A DNA stretch of 64,000 nucleotides, from assembly GCA_044221725.1 (NCBI GenBank), contig JBGAON010000003.1, positions 96,001-160,000 on the forward strand, written 5' to 3'. This stretch comes from Elusimicrobiota bacterium. GTDB taxonomy: Bacteria; Elusimicrobiota; Elusimicrobia; F11. The notes beneath the pieces are model-generated. The model was not told the origin of the DNA and did no database searches. It worked only from the letters and a program-made list of their open reading frames with translations. Both the position numbers and the translations under genes were made by a program. This document shows positions 27,897-37,588 of this stretch, piece after piece. Position 1 is the first letter of the stretch, and each line of letters begins with the position of its first letter.

Positions 27897-28807
27897 CCCA
27901 CTGTCTTGTTGGTGGAACAGTTTCAAAAACTTTGAAGAATTCACGCGCGCGCTTTTGGATCATGATGTTTTTGGGCGAGGCGCCCGATCTTGACGTCTTC
28001 TTCGGGCATTTCGGGCCATGGGCGTTTTGGTTGCAACATCGAGGAATTACACATTCGTTTTTTGGTGTAACCGTGCAGGCGCTTTTCTACGCCTGGTTAT
28101 TTCAAAAGGTGGACGCCGATCGATATTTAACGCGCGTGTGGCAATATTCAATTCCGCTTTTTCTTCATTCGTTGTGTGATTTTCTCACAAGCTATGGCGT
28201 TCCTCTGTTTTCGCCGGTTACGTTTATCGAGTATTCGGGCAATCTGGTGCCAGCGGTAACGATTGTGCCCATGGTTTTTATGTTGGCGGGACTCATTTTC
28301 GTCTCTCGTCGCCGATTGGAAGGATGGTCAGGCACCAAGCCAATTTGGATCGCTTGGATTTTTTATTTGATGTTTTCGTTGGGCGGGCGATCGTATGCGT
28401 CCCATTTGGTAGGACCCACGACCGAGAAAAAGAGTGTGGTGTCGGGCCTCGCCAATCCATTTCACTGGATGGCCGTTATTCAGCCCAACGATTGTTGCAG
28501 TTATCATTCAATTCTCGTGAACGTGTTAAACGGTGATCGTACCCCTGGCATTGTGCTTGCCACGGATATGTCAAACCCGGTCGTTCAGGCGAGTCTTAAG
28601 TCTCCGGATATTAAACGTTTTGTTAAAACGACACGTTGGCCGATTGCGCGTTTCTCGTCGACAGTGGATGGTGGGTGGAAAGTGGATTGGGGAAAAGTTA
28701 TTTTTTCATCGCGTGGATTTGTGCGGGGGCTGTGGTCCGTGAACATCGACCGCAATGGAAATGTTGGGCCGGCGCAGCACGCTTTTATTTTCTGGAATCC
28801 GGACTAA
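27884..28807 (+). CDS. Membrane metal-dependent hydrolase (YdjM-like)
   Basis: SD AAGGAG; MDPLTH, PDLD, HRGITHS and H..CDFLTSYG motifs. Confidence 0.88.
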   Translation: MDPLTHCLVGGTVSKTLKNSRARFWIMMFLGEAPDLDVFFGHFGPWAFWLQHRGITHSFFGVTVQALFYAWLFQKVDADRYLTRVWQYSIPLFLHSLCDFLTSYGVPLFSPVTFIEYSGNLVPAVTIVPMVFMLAGLIFVSRRRLEGWSGTKPIWIAWIFYLMFSLGGRSYASHLVGPTTEKKSVVSGLANPFHWMAVIQPNDCCSYHSILVNVLNGDRTPGIVLATDMSNPVVQASLKSPDIKRFVKTTRWPIARFSSTVDGGWKVDWGKVIFSSRGFVRGLWSVNIDRNGNVGPAQHAFIFWNPD

Positions 28808-28808
28808 T

Positions 28809-29534
28809 ATGAAAAAGCAATTTATTGCATCTTTAATTCTCACGTTTTCCGTGCCGCTGCACGCGAATCCGATGCCGGGTGATTTTTATACCGAAGGGTC
28901 GCACAAAGAAAAGAAAATAGCGCTGACGTTTGACGACGGCCCCGGGCCGAACACCGAGAAATTTCTCGCGTTGTTAAAGCGCTATCAGGTCAAAGCGACG
29001 TTCTTTGTTTTGGGCGAGCAAGTGCGCCTTCGGCCCAAAGTGGTGAAAGAAATTGTGGATGGCGGTCATGAAATCGGCAGCCACACGATGACGCATATCA
29101 ATTACAACAAGCGTTACAAATACCGAATGAGTCAAGGCAACGACGCGTCCCGGGCGGCCCAATTAGCAAAAGACGATCTCGTGAAAGATATGAAAGAGGC
29201 GCGCGCGATCATCGAAAAGAACAGCGGAACGAAGCTGAAAATTTTGCGAATGCCGCACGGTGTCGATAAACCATGGATCAAAACAGCCGCCAAAGAAGCG
29301 GGATTCGTGCTCGTGAATTGGACTTATGGGGCGGACTGGACGTCCGCGCCGGCCGAAAAATTAATTTCTGGCTACGCGAATGCGGTCAGGCCGGGCGCGA
29401 TTATTCTTCTGCACGACGGATGGCCAAAGAGCGACAAGTCGCTTCAAGTCGCTGAAGCCGTTATCAAAGCCGCCAAAGAAAAAGGTCTCGAAATTGTAAC
29501 GGTGGGCGAACTCCTCGGCGTTACTTCGTTTTAA
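28809..29534 (+). CDS. Exported polysaccharide deacetylase (CE4/NodB)
   Basis: Signal peptide; LTFDDGP, HEIGSHTMTH, RMPHG and IILLHDG motifs. Confidence 0.92.
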   Translation: MKKQFIASLILTFSVPLHANPMPGDFYTEGSHKEKKIALTFDDGPGPNTEKFLALLKRYQVKATFFVLGEQVRLRPKVVKEIVDGGHEIGSHTMTHINYNKRYKYRMSQGNDASRAAQLAKDDLVKDMKEARAIIEKNSGTKLKILRMPHGVDKPWIKTAAKEAGFVLVNWTYGADWTSAPAEKLISGYANAVRPGAIILLHDGWPKSDKSLQVAEAVIKAAKEKGLEIVTVGELLGVTSF

Positions 29535-30051
29535 ACCGCTCGACGGACCTTTTTACTTCTTCGATTGCCTGTTCCGCTTTTCCCCAGCCCTGAACTTCGA
29601 TCGGGACACCTTCCAATTGTTTGTAGGTACCAAAGAAATGTTCCACTTCCCGTAAGTAGTGGCTCGGCACATCTTTTAGTTCGTGGTATTCGGCGAACAA
29701 CGGATCCGTATGGGGGACGCCGAGAACTTTGAAATCATTCTTTCCGTCGTCTTTCATTTTAAACAGCCCGACAACGCGCGCTTCAATTAAGCAACCGCTA
29801 AACGTTGGTTCGTTCACCATCACCAGCACGTCGAGTGGATCGCCATCTTCGGCCAGGGTCTGCGGAATAAATCCGTAATCGCCCGGATAATGGCTCGACG
29901 CGAACAAATACCTGTCGAGTCGAATAAGTCCGGTTTTTTTGTCCACTTCAAACTTGTTTCGTCGGCCTTTGGGAATTTCAATGATCGCGTTGATTACGCG
30001 CGGGATGTCGTTGCCCGGCGGGACCAGCATAAACGGATTTGTTTTGGACAT
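29521..30051 (-). CDS. ppa: Soluble inorganic pyrophosphatase (family I)
   Basis: IEIPKG, YPGDYGFIPQT, DGDPLD and HFF..YK.LE motifs. Confidence 0.96.
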   Translation of the reverse strand: MSKTNPFMLVPPGNDIPRVINAIIEIPKGRRNKFEVDKKTGLIRLDRYLFASSHYPGDYGFIPQTLAEDGDPLDVLVMVNEPTFSGCLIEARVVGLFKMKDDGKNDFKVLGVPHTDPLFAEYHELKDVPSHYLREVEHFFGTYKQLEGVPIEVQGWGKAEQAIEEVKRSVERFKTK

Positions 30052-30129
30052 TGATATGTGTTCCTTTTGCGAGCCGGAGACGGACACTCGGGCTCGCGGG
30101 TAATGAGAAGGACACATTATTCCAAAATA

Positions 30130-31143
30130 TTACGGACACACGAGCATGGAGACGCGATTGACACCCAAAACGGACGCACCCGCCGCGTTCGTTGTCCAGC
30201 GGACATCGTCGATATCGAATGTCATTGCGGCGCTACCGGCCGGAGCGTTAAACGCCACGGCGAACGGAACGGTGATTTGACGCAGATCAATGCCAGAGAA
30301 ATCCGACACAGCAATCACAATATCTTGCCACTGACCGGATACATCGCCCGAGCACGCTGGATTGCGTCCCACCGGAACAGAAACGGTTCGTCCGGACCTG
30401 TCGGAAAGATTGATATTGAATGTTTCGGTCGGCGCGAGATTGCGACCCAGTCGGATGGCGAACCGAATCGCGCCACCCGCCAACGAAGAGGCATCGGCGC
30501 TCAAACCTTTGTTGTTTTTCTCGAGCGAGATTCCCCAAAATCCGCCGGCGCCCGTGTTGGACCTCAAGAACTTTGATCCTTCAAACGCGCCGCCAGATTC
30601 TTCGTTAATCGTCAAGCCTCCGCCGGTAAATAACAGCACATCGGGATGTCCGAGAATTCCGCCGGCGTCGTTATAAAGGTTCAAATTTGCCGGAAACGTT
30701 CGTATCGGCGTCGGGGTCGGGGTTGGCGTGGGGGTAGGCGTTGGTGTTGGCGTCGGTGTTTCACCAGGTTTTAACACGATGATCTGACAGCTGGCCTGTT
30801 GGCCGTTGACGCTGGCCGTAACGGTCGCCGTGCCCGCTTGTTTGGACGTGAACGTGACACTGGTTCCCTGCGTTGCGCTGAGCACACCCACACTGGAATT
30901 GGAAACGGTCCAGTTCGCATTGACTGGCGCGCCATTGAGCATAGCGGTCAGGATCTCGTTGCCGGTGAGAGTCACACTTGCCGACGGTGGATTCACGATA
31001 AGCCCCCCTGGGTTCGGTGCCGGAGCTGGGGTCGGGGCCGTCGCGGGTGCGTTTCCGCCTCCGCTATCGGAGCTTTTCTTGTGGCAGGCCGTTACGCCAA
31101 CGATGGTAGCGAGTCCAAAAACCAAGATAATTTTTCTCAACAT
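30130..31143 (-). CDS. Lipoprotein: Ig-like (Big_2) domain, (TP)9 linker and galactose-binding/CBM-like domain
   Basis: Lipobox VTAC; W.VSN..VG..GTATVTAS; TP repeat; GQWQDIVIAVSDF..IDL.QITVPF..IDDVRW. Confidence 0.75.
   Translation of the reverse strand: MLRKIILVFGLATIVGVTACHKKSSDSGGGNAPATAPTPAPAPNPGGLIVNPPSASVTLTGNEILTAMLNGAPVNANWTVSNSSVGVLSATQGTSVTFTSKQAGTATVTASVNGQQASCQIIVLKPGETPTPTPTPTPTPTPTPTPIRTFPANLNLYNDAGGILGHPDVLLFTGGGLTINEESGGAFEGSKFLRSNTGAGGFWGISLEKNNKGLSADASSLAGGAIRFAIRLGRNLAPTETFNINLSDRSGRTVSVPVGRNPACSGDVSGQWQDIVIAVSDFSGIDLRQITVPFAVAFNAPAGSAAMTFDIDDVRWTTNAAGASVLGVNRVSMLVCP
30706..30759 (-). repeat. (Thr-Pro)9 coding linker
   Basis: Nine TP dipeptides encoded with mixed synonymous codons. 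Confidence 0.9.
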
Positions 31144-31159
31144 AACCTCTCCGTATTAA

Positions 31160-31570
31160 TCAGCATGCCACAGAAAATTGTGCGACACCGATATTTTGTT
31201 CATCAAAAAAAACGGCTGCCTTCCACTCGCCTATAAACTGCTGGTAGCCGCGTTCGGGAGCGAAAATTTTTGAAAAAGTTGAACCCAAGCCGCCGCTGAG
31301 TTCAAGCCAAGCAAAGGTGGAACTGTCTTTAATTGGTACTTCCGTGGTTTGCTCATGTTCGCCTTGGGGATTGGTCCATAAGACGAGCAGTCGATGGTCG
31401 CCTTTGGGAACCGCGTTCCAGTCCACCACGATGTAAATTCGGTCACGACATCCGAATTCGTGCACCGCCTGCCTTTTCGTGGGATCGTTCGTGGTCATAA
31501 TGTTCGTCGCCTTCGCAGCTCCACTAACCAGAAGACCGAAGATCGCCAAGCAAAGTTTTGAACACTTCAT
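31160..31570 (-). CDS. Exported hypothetical protein, Ig-like beta-sandwich
   Basis: Signal peptide; W.NP.G and GEWKA.V..D motifs. Confidence 0.65.
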   Translation of the reverse strand: MKCSKLCLAIFGLLVSGAAKATNIMTTNDPTKRQAVHEFGCRDRIYIVVDWNAVPKGDHRLLVLWTNPQGEHEQTTEVPIKDSSTFAWLELSGGLGSTFSKIFAPERGYQQFIGEWKAAVFFDEQNIGVAQFSVAC

Positions 31571-31699
31571 GTTTTTGTTACGGAGTAACGGGGGAAGCGG
31601 TTCTAGAAATTTATTCGTTAGGAAATGGAGTGCGAACCGCCGTCACTGCGAGACGTAGCAAATGAAGGGACACTAGAGAGACAAATAAAGGAGGTTCCT

Positions 31700-32308
31700 A
31701 TGGTTGCAACAACAATAGAGAGTACCGTTGAGCGTCGCGCGTTTACTACCCCGCTTACGATGGGGATGTTTGGGCGTCGTGTATCGTGGGCGGCGATCTT
31801 CAGCGGCGTGATCGCAACGACATTTGTTCAGGTTTTGCTGAGTTCGCTCGGTGCTGGCATCGGCGCGAATGCCGTCGATGCGAACAACGGCGTATCGACG
31901 GGAATTGGCGTTGGCGCGGGCCTTTGGATGTTTATCAGCACAATTGTTTCCTTATTCATTGGAGGGTGGATGGCCGGACGACTTTCGGGTATTCCTCGAA
32001 AAACCGAAGGCATGCTGCACGGTTTTCTCACCGCCAGCCTTGGGACGCTTTTTGTTCTGTATTTGATGACAACGGCCGTGCGCGGAATTTTCGGAACGGC
32101 GTTCAACTTGTTTAACAACAACTTAAACTCGTTGAACGGGAACGTGACGCAGCAAACAAATCAGGCGGCGCAGACGGCTGCGCCCGGCGTCGCGACAGCG
32201 GCATATGCCTCGTTCGGTTTGCTGCTTTTGGGATGCGGAGCGGCAATGTGGGGCGGCTACGTAAGCGCGCCCAAGGAAGTTAAGAAGAGAGCCCCCGCAG
32301 CTGTGTAA
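31700..32308 (+). CDS. Conserved membrane protein
   Basis: SD AAGGAGG; RVSWAAIFSG, GGWMAGRL and GMLHG motifs; about 4 TM segments. Confidence 0.8.
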   Translation: MVATTIESTVERRAFTTPLTMGMFGRRVSWAAIFSGVIATTFVQVLLSSLGAGIGANAVDANNGVSTGIGVGAGLWMFISTIVSLFIGGWMAGRLSGIPRKTEGMLHGFLTASLGTLFVLYLMTTAVRGIFGTAFNLFNNNLNSLNGNVTQQTNQAAQTAAPGVATAAYASFGLLLLGCGAAMWGGYVSAPKEVKKRAPAAV

Positions 32309-32329
32309 GACGATTTCGTCTGAAAACAA

Positions 32330-32364
32330 AATCGCCGCCGCGTCCTTTTGACGCGGCGGCGATT
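32330..32364. terminator. Perfect 15-bp hairpin between convergent transcripts
   Basis: AATCGCCGCCGCGTC-CTTTT-GACGCGGCGGCGATT; a T-rich run follows on the minus strand. Confidence 0.8.
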
Positions 32365-32407
32365 CCTCAATATGTACGATTCCGCCCAAGTCCAGATTTG
32401 GGGGAAT

Positions 32408-32432
32408 AAAAAACCCCTCCATGAGAGGGGTT
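32408..32432 (-). terminator. Intrinsic terminator immediately after tRNA-Leu
   Basis: Minus strand reads AACCCCTC-TCATG-GAGGGGTTTTT. Confidence 0.8.
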
Positions 32433-32435
32433 AAT

Positions 32436-32518
32436 TACCGGCGATAGGACTTGAACCTACACACCCGTGAAGGTATCAGATTTTGAGTCTGACGCGTCTG
32501 CCATTCCGCCACGCCGGC
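32436..32518 (-). tRNA. tRNA-Leu(CAA), CCA not encoded
   Basis: GCCGGCG acceptor stem; TGGCGGAATGGCAGACGC D-arm; TCAGA-CTCAAAA-TCTGA anticodon arm; long variable arm; GTTCAAGTC T-loop. Confidence 0.97.
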
Positions 32519-32722
32519 GAGGCGCGGATTGTAGCAAATGGTCCAATCGCGGCTTACACGATGAGTTTTGTTCGGCTCGTTACCAAGGCCTTTTCTTAAA
32601 AGGTACACTCGCACGAAACCCAAAGGGCCTCCTATTGCACAGCGATGTCGGCACGGCCTCAATTATGTCGGGTTTGCTGTGTGAAACACAAAACAAAATT
32701 AGTCGAAAAGGATACTCCGAAA

Positions 32723-34288
32723 ATGAAAAAACAGATCGGGGCACTGATCTCATTATTTTTTACGTTATCAACGGCATTTCCACCCGCCTCATTTGCGTCT
32801 AATAACCCTCAAGAAAAAAAGAAACCGAATATTTTAATTATATGGGGAGATGATGTCGGCTATTGGAACATCAGCGCCTATAACCAAGGAATGATGGGAT
32901 ACAGAACTCCCAACATCGATCGTTTGGCAAAAGAAGGCGGACTGTTTACCGATTGGTACGGACAACAGAGTTGTACCGCCGGACGCTCCTGCTTTATCAC
33001 GGGCCAAGTGGGATTTCGCACCGGCATGTTGAAGGTGGGCTTGCCTGGCGCTTCGGAAGGACTTAAGGCACGTGACGTAACGATCGCCGAATTGCTCAAA
33101 GCACAGGGGTACAAAACCGGCCAGTTTGGCAAGAACCATCTCGGGGATCGCGATGAACATCTCCCCACCGCTCACGGTTTCGATGAATTCTATGGGTCGC
33201 TGTATCACTTAAATGCCGAGCAAGAGCCGGAGCATCCGGATTATTTTAAAGACCCAGAAATGCGAAAAAAGTACGGGACGCGCGGCGTCATTCATTCATG
33301 GGCGAAACCAGACGGGAGTCAAAAGATTGAGTCTACAGGCCCCCTCACTATCGAACGCATGAAGACCGTTGATGAAGAGTTCACGAAGGAAGCGTTGCGT
33401 TTTATGGACGAATCGAACAAGGAAGGGAAGCCATTTTTTGTCTGGTGGAATTCTACTCGCATGCACATCTGGACGCATTTAAAAACGGAGTCCAATGGCA
33501 AAACCGGTTTGGGTGTCTATCCTGACGGAATGGTCGAGCACGATGCAATGGTTGGCCAGCTACTGGACAAGCTCAGAGAACTCGGTCTCGATGATAACAC
33601 GATTGTCATGTATTCAACCGATAACGGCGCGGAAAAAATGACGTGGCCTGATGGTGGAGCATCTCCGTTTCGTAACGAGAAGGGAAGCAACTGGGAAGGG
33701 GCTTATCGTGTTCCGTGCATTATCCGATGGCCTGGGGTTGTTAAGGGTGGAACCGTTTACAACGATATTTTCGCTCACGAAGACATGCTCCCCACTTTGC
33801 TTGCGGCCGCGGGAGCGCCGGACGTGAAGTCGCGACTTCTTAAAGGAACGAAAGTCGGCGGCAAGTCATTCAAAGTTCATCTCGACGGCTACAACCTTGC
33901 GGACGCACTGGTCAGAAAGTCACCGAGCCCGCGCCATGAGTTCTATTACTTCAATGATGACGGCTCGCTCGTCGGACTTCGGTACAACCAATACAAAGTT
34001 GTTTTTGCTGAGCAACGCAGTCACGGGTTCGATGTTTGGCAGGAACCATTCACGCCGCTGCGCGTGCCCAAGCTTTTTAATTTGCGTTCGGATCCCTTTG
34101 AGACGGCGGATCACGATTCGATCGACTATGCTCGATGGCGGATTGATCATCTGTTTGTGCTTGTGCCGGCGCAACAGTATGTCGCGCAATTTTTAGGGAC
34201 GTTTCGCGAATTTCCGCCAAGCCAAAAGCCGGGAAGCTTTGCGCTCGACAAGGTACTCGAGTCTCTCCAAGCACCGTCTGGTAATTGA
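32723..34288 (+). CDS. Exported arylsulfatase (Cys-type, formylglycine-dependent)
   Basis: Signal peptide; PNILIIWGDD, SCTAGR, GKNHLG and STDNG motifs. Confidence 0.93.
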   Translation: MKKQIGALISLFFTLSTAFPPASFASNNPQEKKKPNILIIWGDDVGYWNISAYNQGMMGYRTPNIDRLAKEGGLFTDWYGQQSCTAGRSCFITGQVGFRTGMLKVGLPGASEGLKARDVTIAELLKAQGYKTGQFGKNHLGDRDEHLPTAHGFDEFYGSLYHLNAEQEPEHPDYFKDPEMRKKYGTRGVIHSWAKPDGSQKIESTGPLTIERMKTVDEEFTKEALRFMDESNKEGKPFFVWWNSTRMHIWTHLKTESNGKTGLGVYPDGMVEHDAMVGQLLDKLRELGLDDNTIVMYSTDNGAEKMTWPDGGASPFRNEKGSNWEGAYRVPCIIRWPGVVKGGTVYNDIFAHEDMLPTLLAAAGAPDVKSRLLKGTKVGGKSFKVHLDGYNLADALVRKSPSPRHEFYYFNDDGSLVGLRYNQYKVVFAEQRSHGFDVWQEPFTPLRVPKLFNLRSDPFETADHDSIDYARWRIDHLFVLVPAQQYVAQFLGTFREFPPSQKPGSFALDKVLESLQAPSGN

Positions 34289-34332
34289 ACGTCGACTAGA
34301 TTCGTGCGTTAGCTCGGCGCGAAAATGCAGTT

Positions 34333-35304
34333 ATGAAAGTCATACTTACCGGCGCGGCCGGATTCATCGGGAGTTGTTATCTCCGCAAATTAAACGATCT
34401 CGGTATCGACGACGTCTGGCTCGTTGATGCCGGTGACGACGAGAGAAACTCGCCGAATCTCCGTACCAAGAAATTTCGAGATTATTTATCGCGCGAGAAA
34501 CTCCTTGAGTCCTTCGACAAAAACCGGCTAAAAGAAATCAATTTGATTGTGCACATGGGCGCGTGTTCGGACACCACCGAAATGGACCGCGCGTTCTTAA
34601 AGAAAAACAATACCGCGTACAGCCAAATTCTTGCAAAGTGGGCATTGGCCAACGGCGCGCGGTTCCATTATGCCTCGAGCGCCTCGGTTTACGGCGATGG
34701 GAAAGACGGCTACAGTGATGATGATAAATTCCTCTCAATTTTTAAGCCGCTTAATCCTTACGCCGAATCGAAACATGCATTTGATGCGTGGCTTATCAAA
34801 GAGAATTTAACAAACAAGGTTGTCGGTTTCCGTTACTTTAACGTTTTCGGTCCGAACGAATATCACAAAGGTGAGATGCGGAGCATGGTTTGCAAAGCGG
34901 TTGATCAGATTAGAAAAGAGGGATCCGTACGTTTGTTCGCGACAAGCCGCGAAGGTTACGGCAATGGTTCGGAAGAACGGGATTTTGTGTACGTTAAAGA
35001 CGTGAACGAAGTAATGGCTTACTTTTTGGAACACCCCGACAAAAACGGAATTTTTAATGTGGGTTCGGGAAAGGCCCGAACATTTAAGGATCTCATGCTC
35101 GCCGTCTTCAAGGCCATGGGATTGGAGCCGAACATCACTTACATACCTATGCCCGAAAAATTGCGTGGCCAATACCAGTACTACACGCAAGCGGATCTCT
35201 CGAAACTTCGCGCGATCGGCTACAAGAAACCGTTTCTTTCGCTTGAAGATTCGGTGGTCGACTACGTCCAAAAGCACCTGACAGCGGAAAACCCCATCTA
35301 CTAG
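34333..35304 (+). CDS. hldD: ADP-L-glycero-D-manno-heptose 6-epimerase
   Basis: GAAGFIG, HMGACSDTTE, YASSASVYG, PLNPYAESK and RYFNVFGPNEYHKG motifs. Confidence 0.95.
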   Translation: MKVILTGAAGFIGSCYLRKLNDLGIDDVWLVDAGDDERNSPNLRTKKFRDYLSREKLLESFDKNRLKEINLIVHMGACSDTTEMDRAFLKKNNTAYSQILAKWALANGARFHYASSASVYGDGKDGYSDDDKFLSIFKPLNPYAESKHAFDAWLIKENLTNKVVGFRYFNVFGPNEYHKGEMRSMVCKAVDQIRKEGSVRLFATSREGYGNGSEERDFVYVKDVNEVMAYFLEHPDKNGIFNVGSGKARTFKDLMLAVFKAMGLEPNITYIPMPEKLRGQYQYYTQADLSKLRAIGYKKPFLSLEDSVVDYVQKHLTAENPIY

Positions 35305-35318
35305 CTCCAGAAATTCGA

Positions 35319-35350
35319 AACCCTCCGGCGCCATTTTGCACCGGAGGGTT
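35319..35350. terminator. Hairpin between convergent genes
   Basis: AACCCTCCGG ... CCGGAGGGTT 10-bp stem; no long U-tract. Confidence 0.55.
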
Positions 35351-35374
35351 CCCTCGGCCGATTCGGTTTAATTC

Positions 35375-36631
35375 TTAAGGAATGATGATCTTCATTCCCT
35401 TTTCAATTTGTTTCGGGTCATCGATCAGATGGCGATTTGCGGTGTAGATCGCTTGCCATTTGCGCTTATCTCCCAGTTCGCTGCGGGCGATCGAAGCCAG
35501 TGTGTCGCCTTCTTTGACGACGTATACGCGGCGCTGCGATTGACGAACGGGAGCCCGTAAAATTGTCTCTCCGCCCAACGAATGACGGTGTTCGCTGACG
35601 GCTCCTGCGACGGGCGCCGCCACATTCTCGGCAATCGCGGAATCGTCGGCCTTGCGTTTTTTCGCTTCCTGAATTTCTCGTTTCGTGGAGGTCTGCACCT
35701 TGGCGAATGCCGGAGTCGCGTCAATCCCGCCCCCAAAGCTTAGGCCGAGGCTCAGTTTGTGCTGGGCATCCAATTGGTTCATCATCCCAAACGAGTAATC
35801 GAGATTCGTGCGGCCCAAACGAAATCCGGTTCCGAGAGTAAGTTTCTTCAAATCGCCTGCCTGATAACCGGCGCGAAGCGCCAATGGTCCGAACGCGGTT
35901 TCAAGACCGACGGATGGCGTCGACGTCTTATCGAACGCCATGTAAGATTCGTTCACGAGCATCATAACGCTCGTTCGACCTGACAACAGCGCGAAAGAAG
36001 CCCCCAGGTTGTACGTGCGGGGCAAATTATCTCCTTCCGACAAATAAGTGATTTTGTTTCCATAGTTCAAAACGGACGCGCCCAAACGAAAACGTGACGT
36101 AATCTGCATTCCCAGGCCCGCATCAAACGCGTAGGTGGAGGCGCTGTAGGTTCCGAGCAAGGTTGATTGCATGTATTTACCGGCAATACCCATTTCGAAG
36201 CCACGAAAATTGTGCGCGAACGCCAGATTGCCAACCATGTCACGTTGAGCCGATTGGGAACTCGTGGTTCCATCCGCATTTGCCGTTTCAATTGTTCCAG
36301 CATCGTAGTAATTGAACGAGAAACCCCAGGCGGATTTCAACGATGACGTACGTGAGCCGACCAAAAACTGGCCGTTGGTGTCTCCGATCAAACCGGGTCC
36401 ATAAAACAACGAAGCTTGTCCGGATTCCAAAGATAATAGCGACGACGGGTTGTAGACCATGCCTCCGATATCGTTCGCAATGGCGGTTCCCGCCTCACCA
36501 AGGGCGGAAATACGTGCGGTTCCTTCGGTCACAAGCGAAAGGGCGCCTGAGGCGCCAGCGCTGGCATGGATCTTCATCGGAAGTGCTGCAAGAACGCTGC
36601 TAAATATCGCAACAAACGCTGCTTTTGCCAT
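35375..36631 (-). CDS. PorV/PorQ-like beta-barrel with C-terminal LysM
   Basis: TARISALGEA...YNPSSL; HKLSLGLSFG barrel end; YVVKEGDTLASIA...WQAIY.AN (LysM). Confidence 0.82.
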   Translation of the reverse strand: MAKAAFVAIFSSVLAALPMKIHASAGASGALSLVTEGTARISALGEAGTAIANDIGGMVYNPSSLLSLESGQASLFYGPGLIGDTNGQFLVGSRTSSLKSAWGFSFNYYDAGTIETANADGTTSSQSAQRDMVGNLAFAHNFRGFEMGIAGKYMQSTLLGTYSASTYAFDAGLGMQITSRFRLGASVLNYGNKITYLSEGDNLPRTYNLGASFALLSGRTSVMMLVNESYMAFDKTSTPSVGLETAFGPLALRAGYQAGDLKKLTLGTGFRLGRTNLDYSFGMMNQLDAQHKLSLGLSFGGGIDATPAFAKVQTSTKREIQEAKKRKADDSAIAENVAAPVAGAVSEHRHSLGGETILRAPVRQSQRRVYVVKEGDTLASIARSELGDKRKWQAIYTANRHLIDDPKQIEKGMKIIIP

Positions 36632-36820
36632 TTGTTTGTCTCTCTTCCGTCGAACCATAGTTCTATTTAGGGCTCCTTTAAAAAATTGTAAAGGTGACAT
36701 CTGTCATTTTCCTTGATGCGAATTGGTTTGGTTTCATCCAAAGTAATGCATCGGTGCTGCCACGGGTGGGGAGTGGCTTATTTGGTAACCTTATTTCGTT
36801 ATTTTGAGAGGGAGGTTTTT

Positions 36821-37588
36821 ATGCAGCGGTCAAGGCTTGTGTTGATACTCAGTTCCTTTCTATTGGCGGCCTGCGCGACGGTGCAATACACCGGTCGACA
36901 CCAATTCAATTTGGTTTCCGAGTCGGACGAAATGAAGATGGGTGACGAGGCTTATGCGGATGTGCTGAAGAAAAATCCGATTACTAAGAACGCAGATTAT
37001 CAACGACGGGTAAAAGAGGTCGGTGCCCGCATAAAAGCAGCCGCCGATAAACCGGACTACCAATGGGAATTTAATGTGTTGCAGGGAAAAGATGTAAATG
37101 CGTTTTGTTTGCCCGGAGGCAAAGTGGCCTTTTGGGAAGCGATTATTCCGATTTGCCAAACCTACGAGGGAATTGCCGTCGTCATGGGACACGAAGTGGC
37201 CCATGCGCTGGCGCATCACGGTGCCGAGCGAATGAGTCAAGGAATGGGCGCGGAGCTGGTCGGTCAATTGTTGTCGGTAGGACTCGGCAAGGCTGATCCC
37301 GCGGTACGCGACGGAGCCCTTCAAGCATACGGTCTTGGCGCTCAGGTTGGTGTTATGCTGCCATTTAGCCGCAAACACGAGTCGGAGGCCGATCACATCG
37401 GACTCATCCTTATGGCGAAAGCCGGCTACGACCCGCGCACCGCCGTCGAATTTTGGAAACGAATGGCCAGTCAGGGCGACGGACAGAAACCGCCCGAATT
37501 TTTATCGACTCATCCGGCAGACGAAACCCGAATCAAGCAGATTGAAGAATGGTTGCCAGAAGCCCTGACGTATTACAAAGGGACATGA
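36821..37588 (+). CDS. M48 family zinc metallopeptidase lipoprotein
   Basis: SD GGAGG; lipobox LAAC; NAFCLPGG, HEVAH, ESEAD and STHP motifs. Confidence 0.93.
   Translation: MQRSRLVLILSSFLLAACATVQYTGRHQFNLVSESDEMKMGDEAYADVLKKNPITKNADYQRRVKEVGARIKAAADKPDYQWEFNVLQGKDVNAFCLPGGKVAFWEAIIPICQTYEGIAVVMGHEVAHALAHHGAERMSQGMGAELVGQLLSVGLGKADPAVRDGALQAYGLGAQVGVMLPFSRKHESEADHIGLILMAKAGYDPRTAVEFWKRMASQGDGQKPPEFLSTHPADETRIKQIEEWLPEALTYYKGT

Noticed and set aside
30706..30759. Possible CRISPR or slippage microsatellite
   Set aside because: In-frame TP linker with varied codons; no repeat-spacer structure.
32309..32722. tRNA-Leu as an integration site of a genomic island
   Set aside because: No integrase and no duplicated tRNA 3' end was seen in the window; the flanking hairpins are explained as terminators.
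35319..35350. CCCTCCGG/CCGGAGGG hairpin resembling the one at 9297-9322 as a REP-like repeat family
   Set aside because: Only two instances, with arms in opposite order and different loops; likely coincidence.
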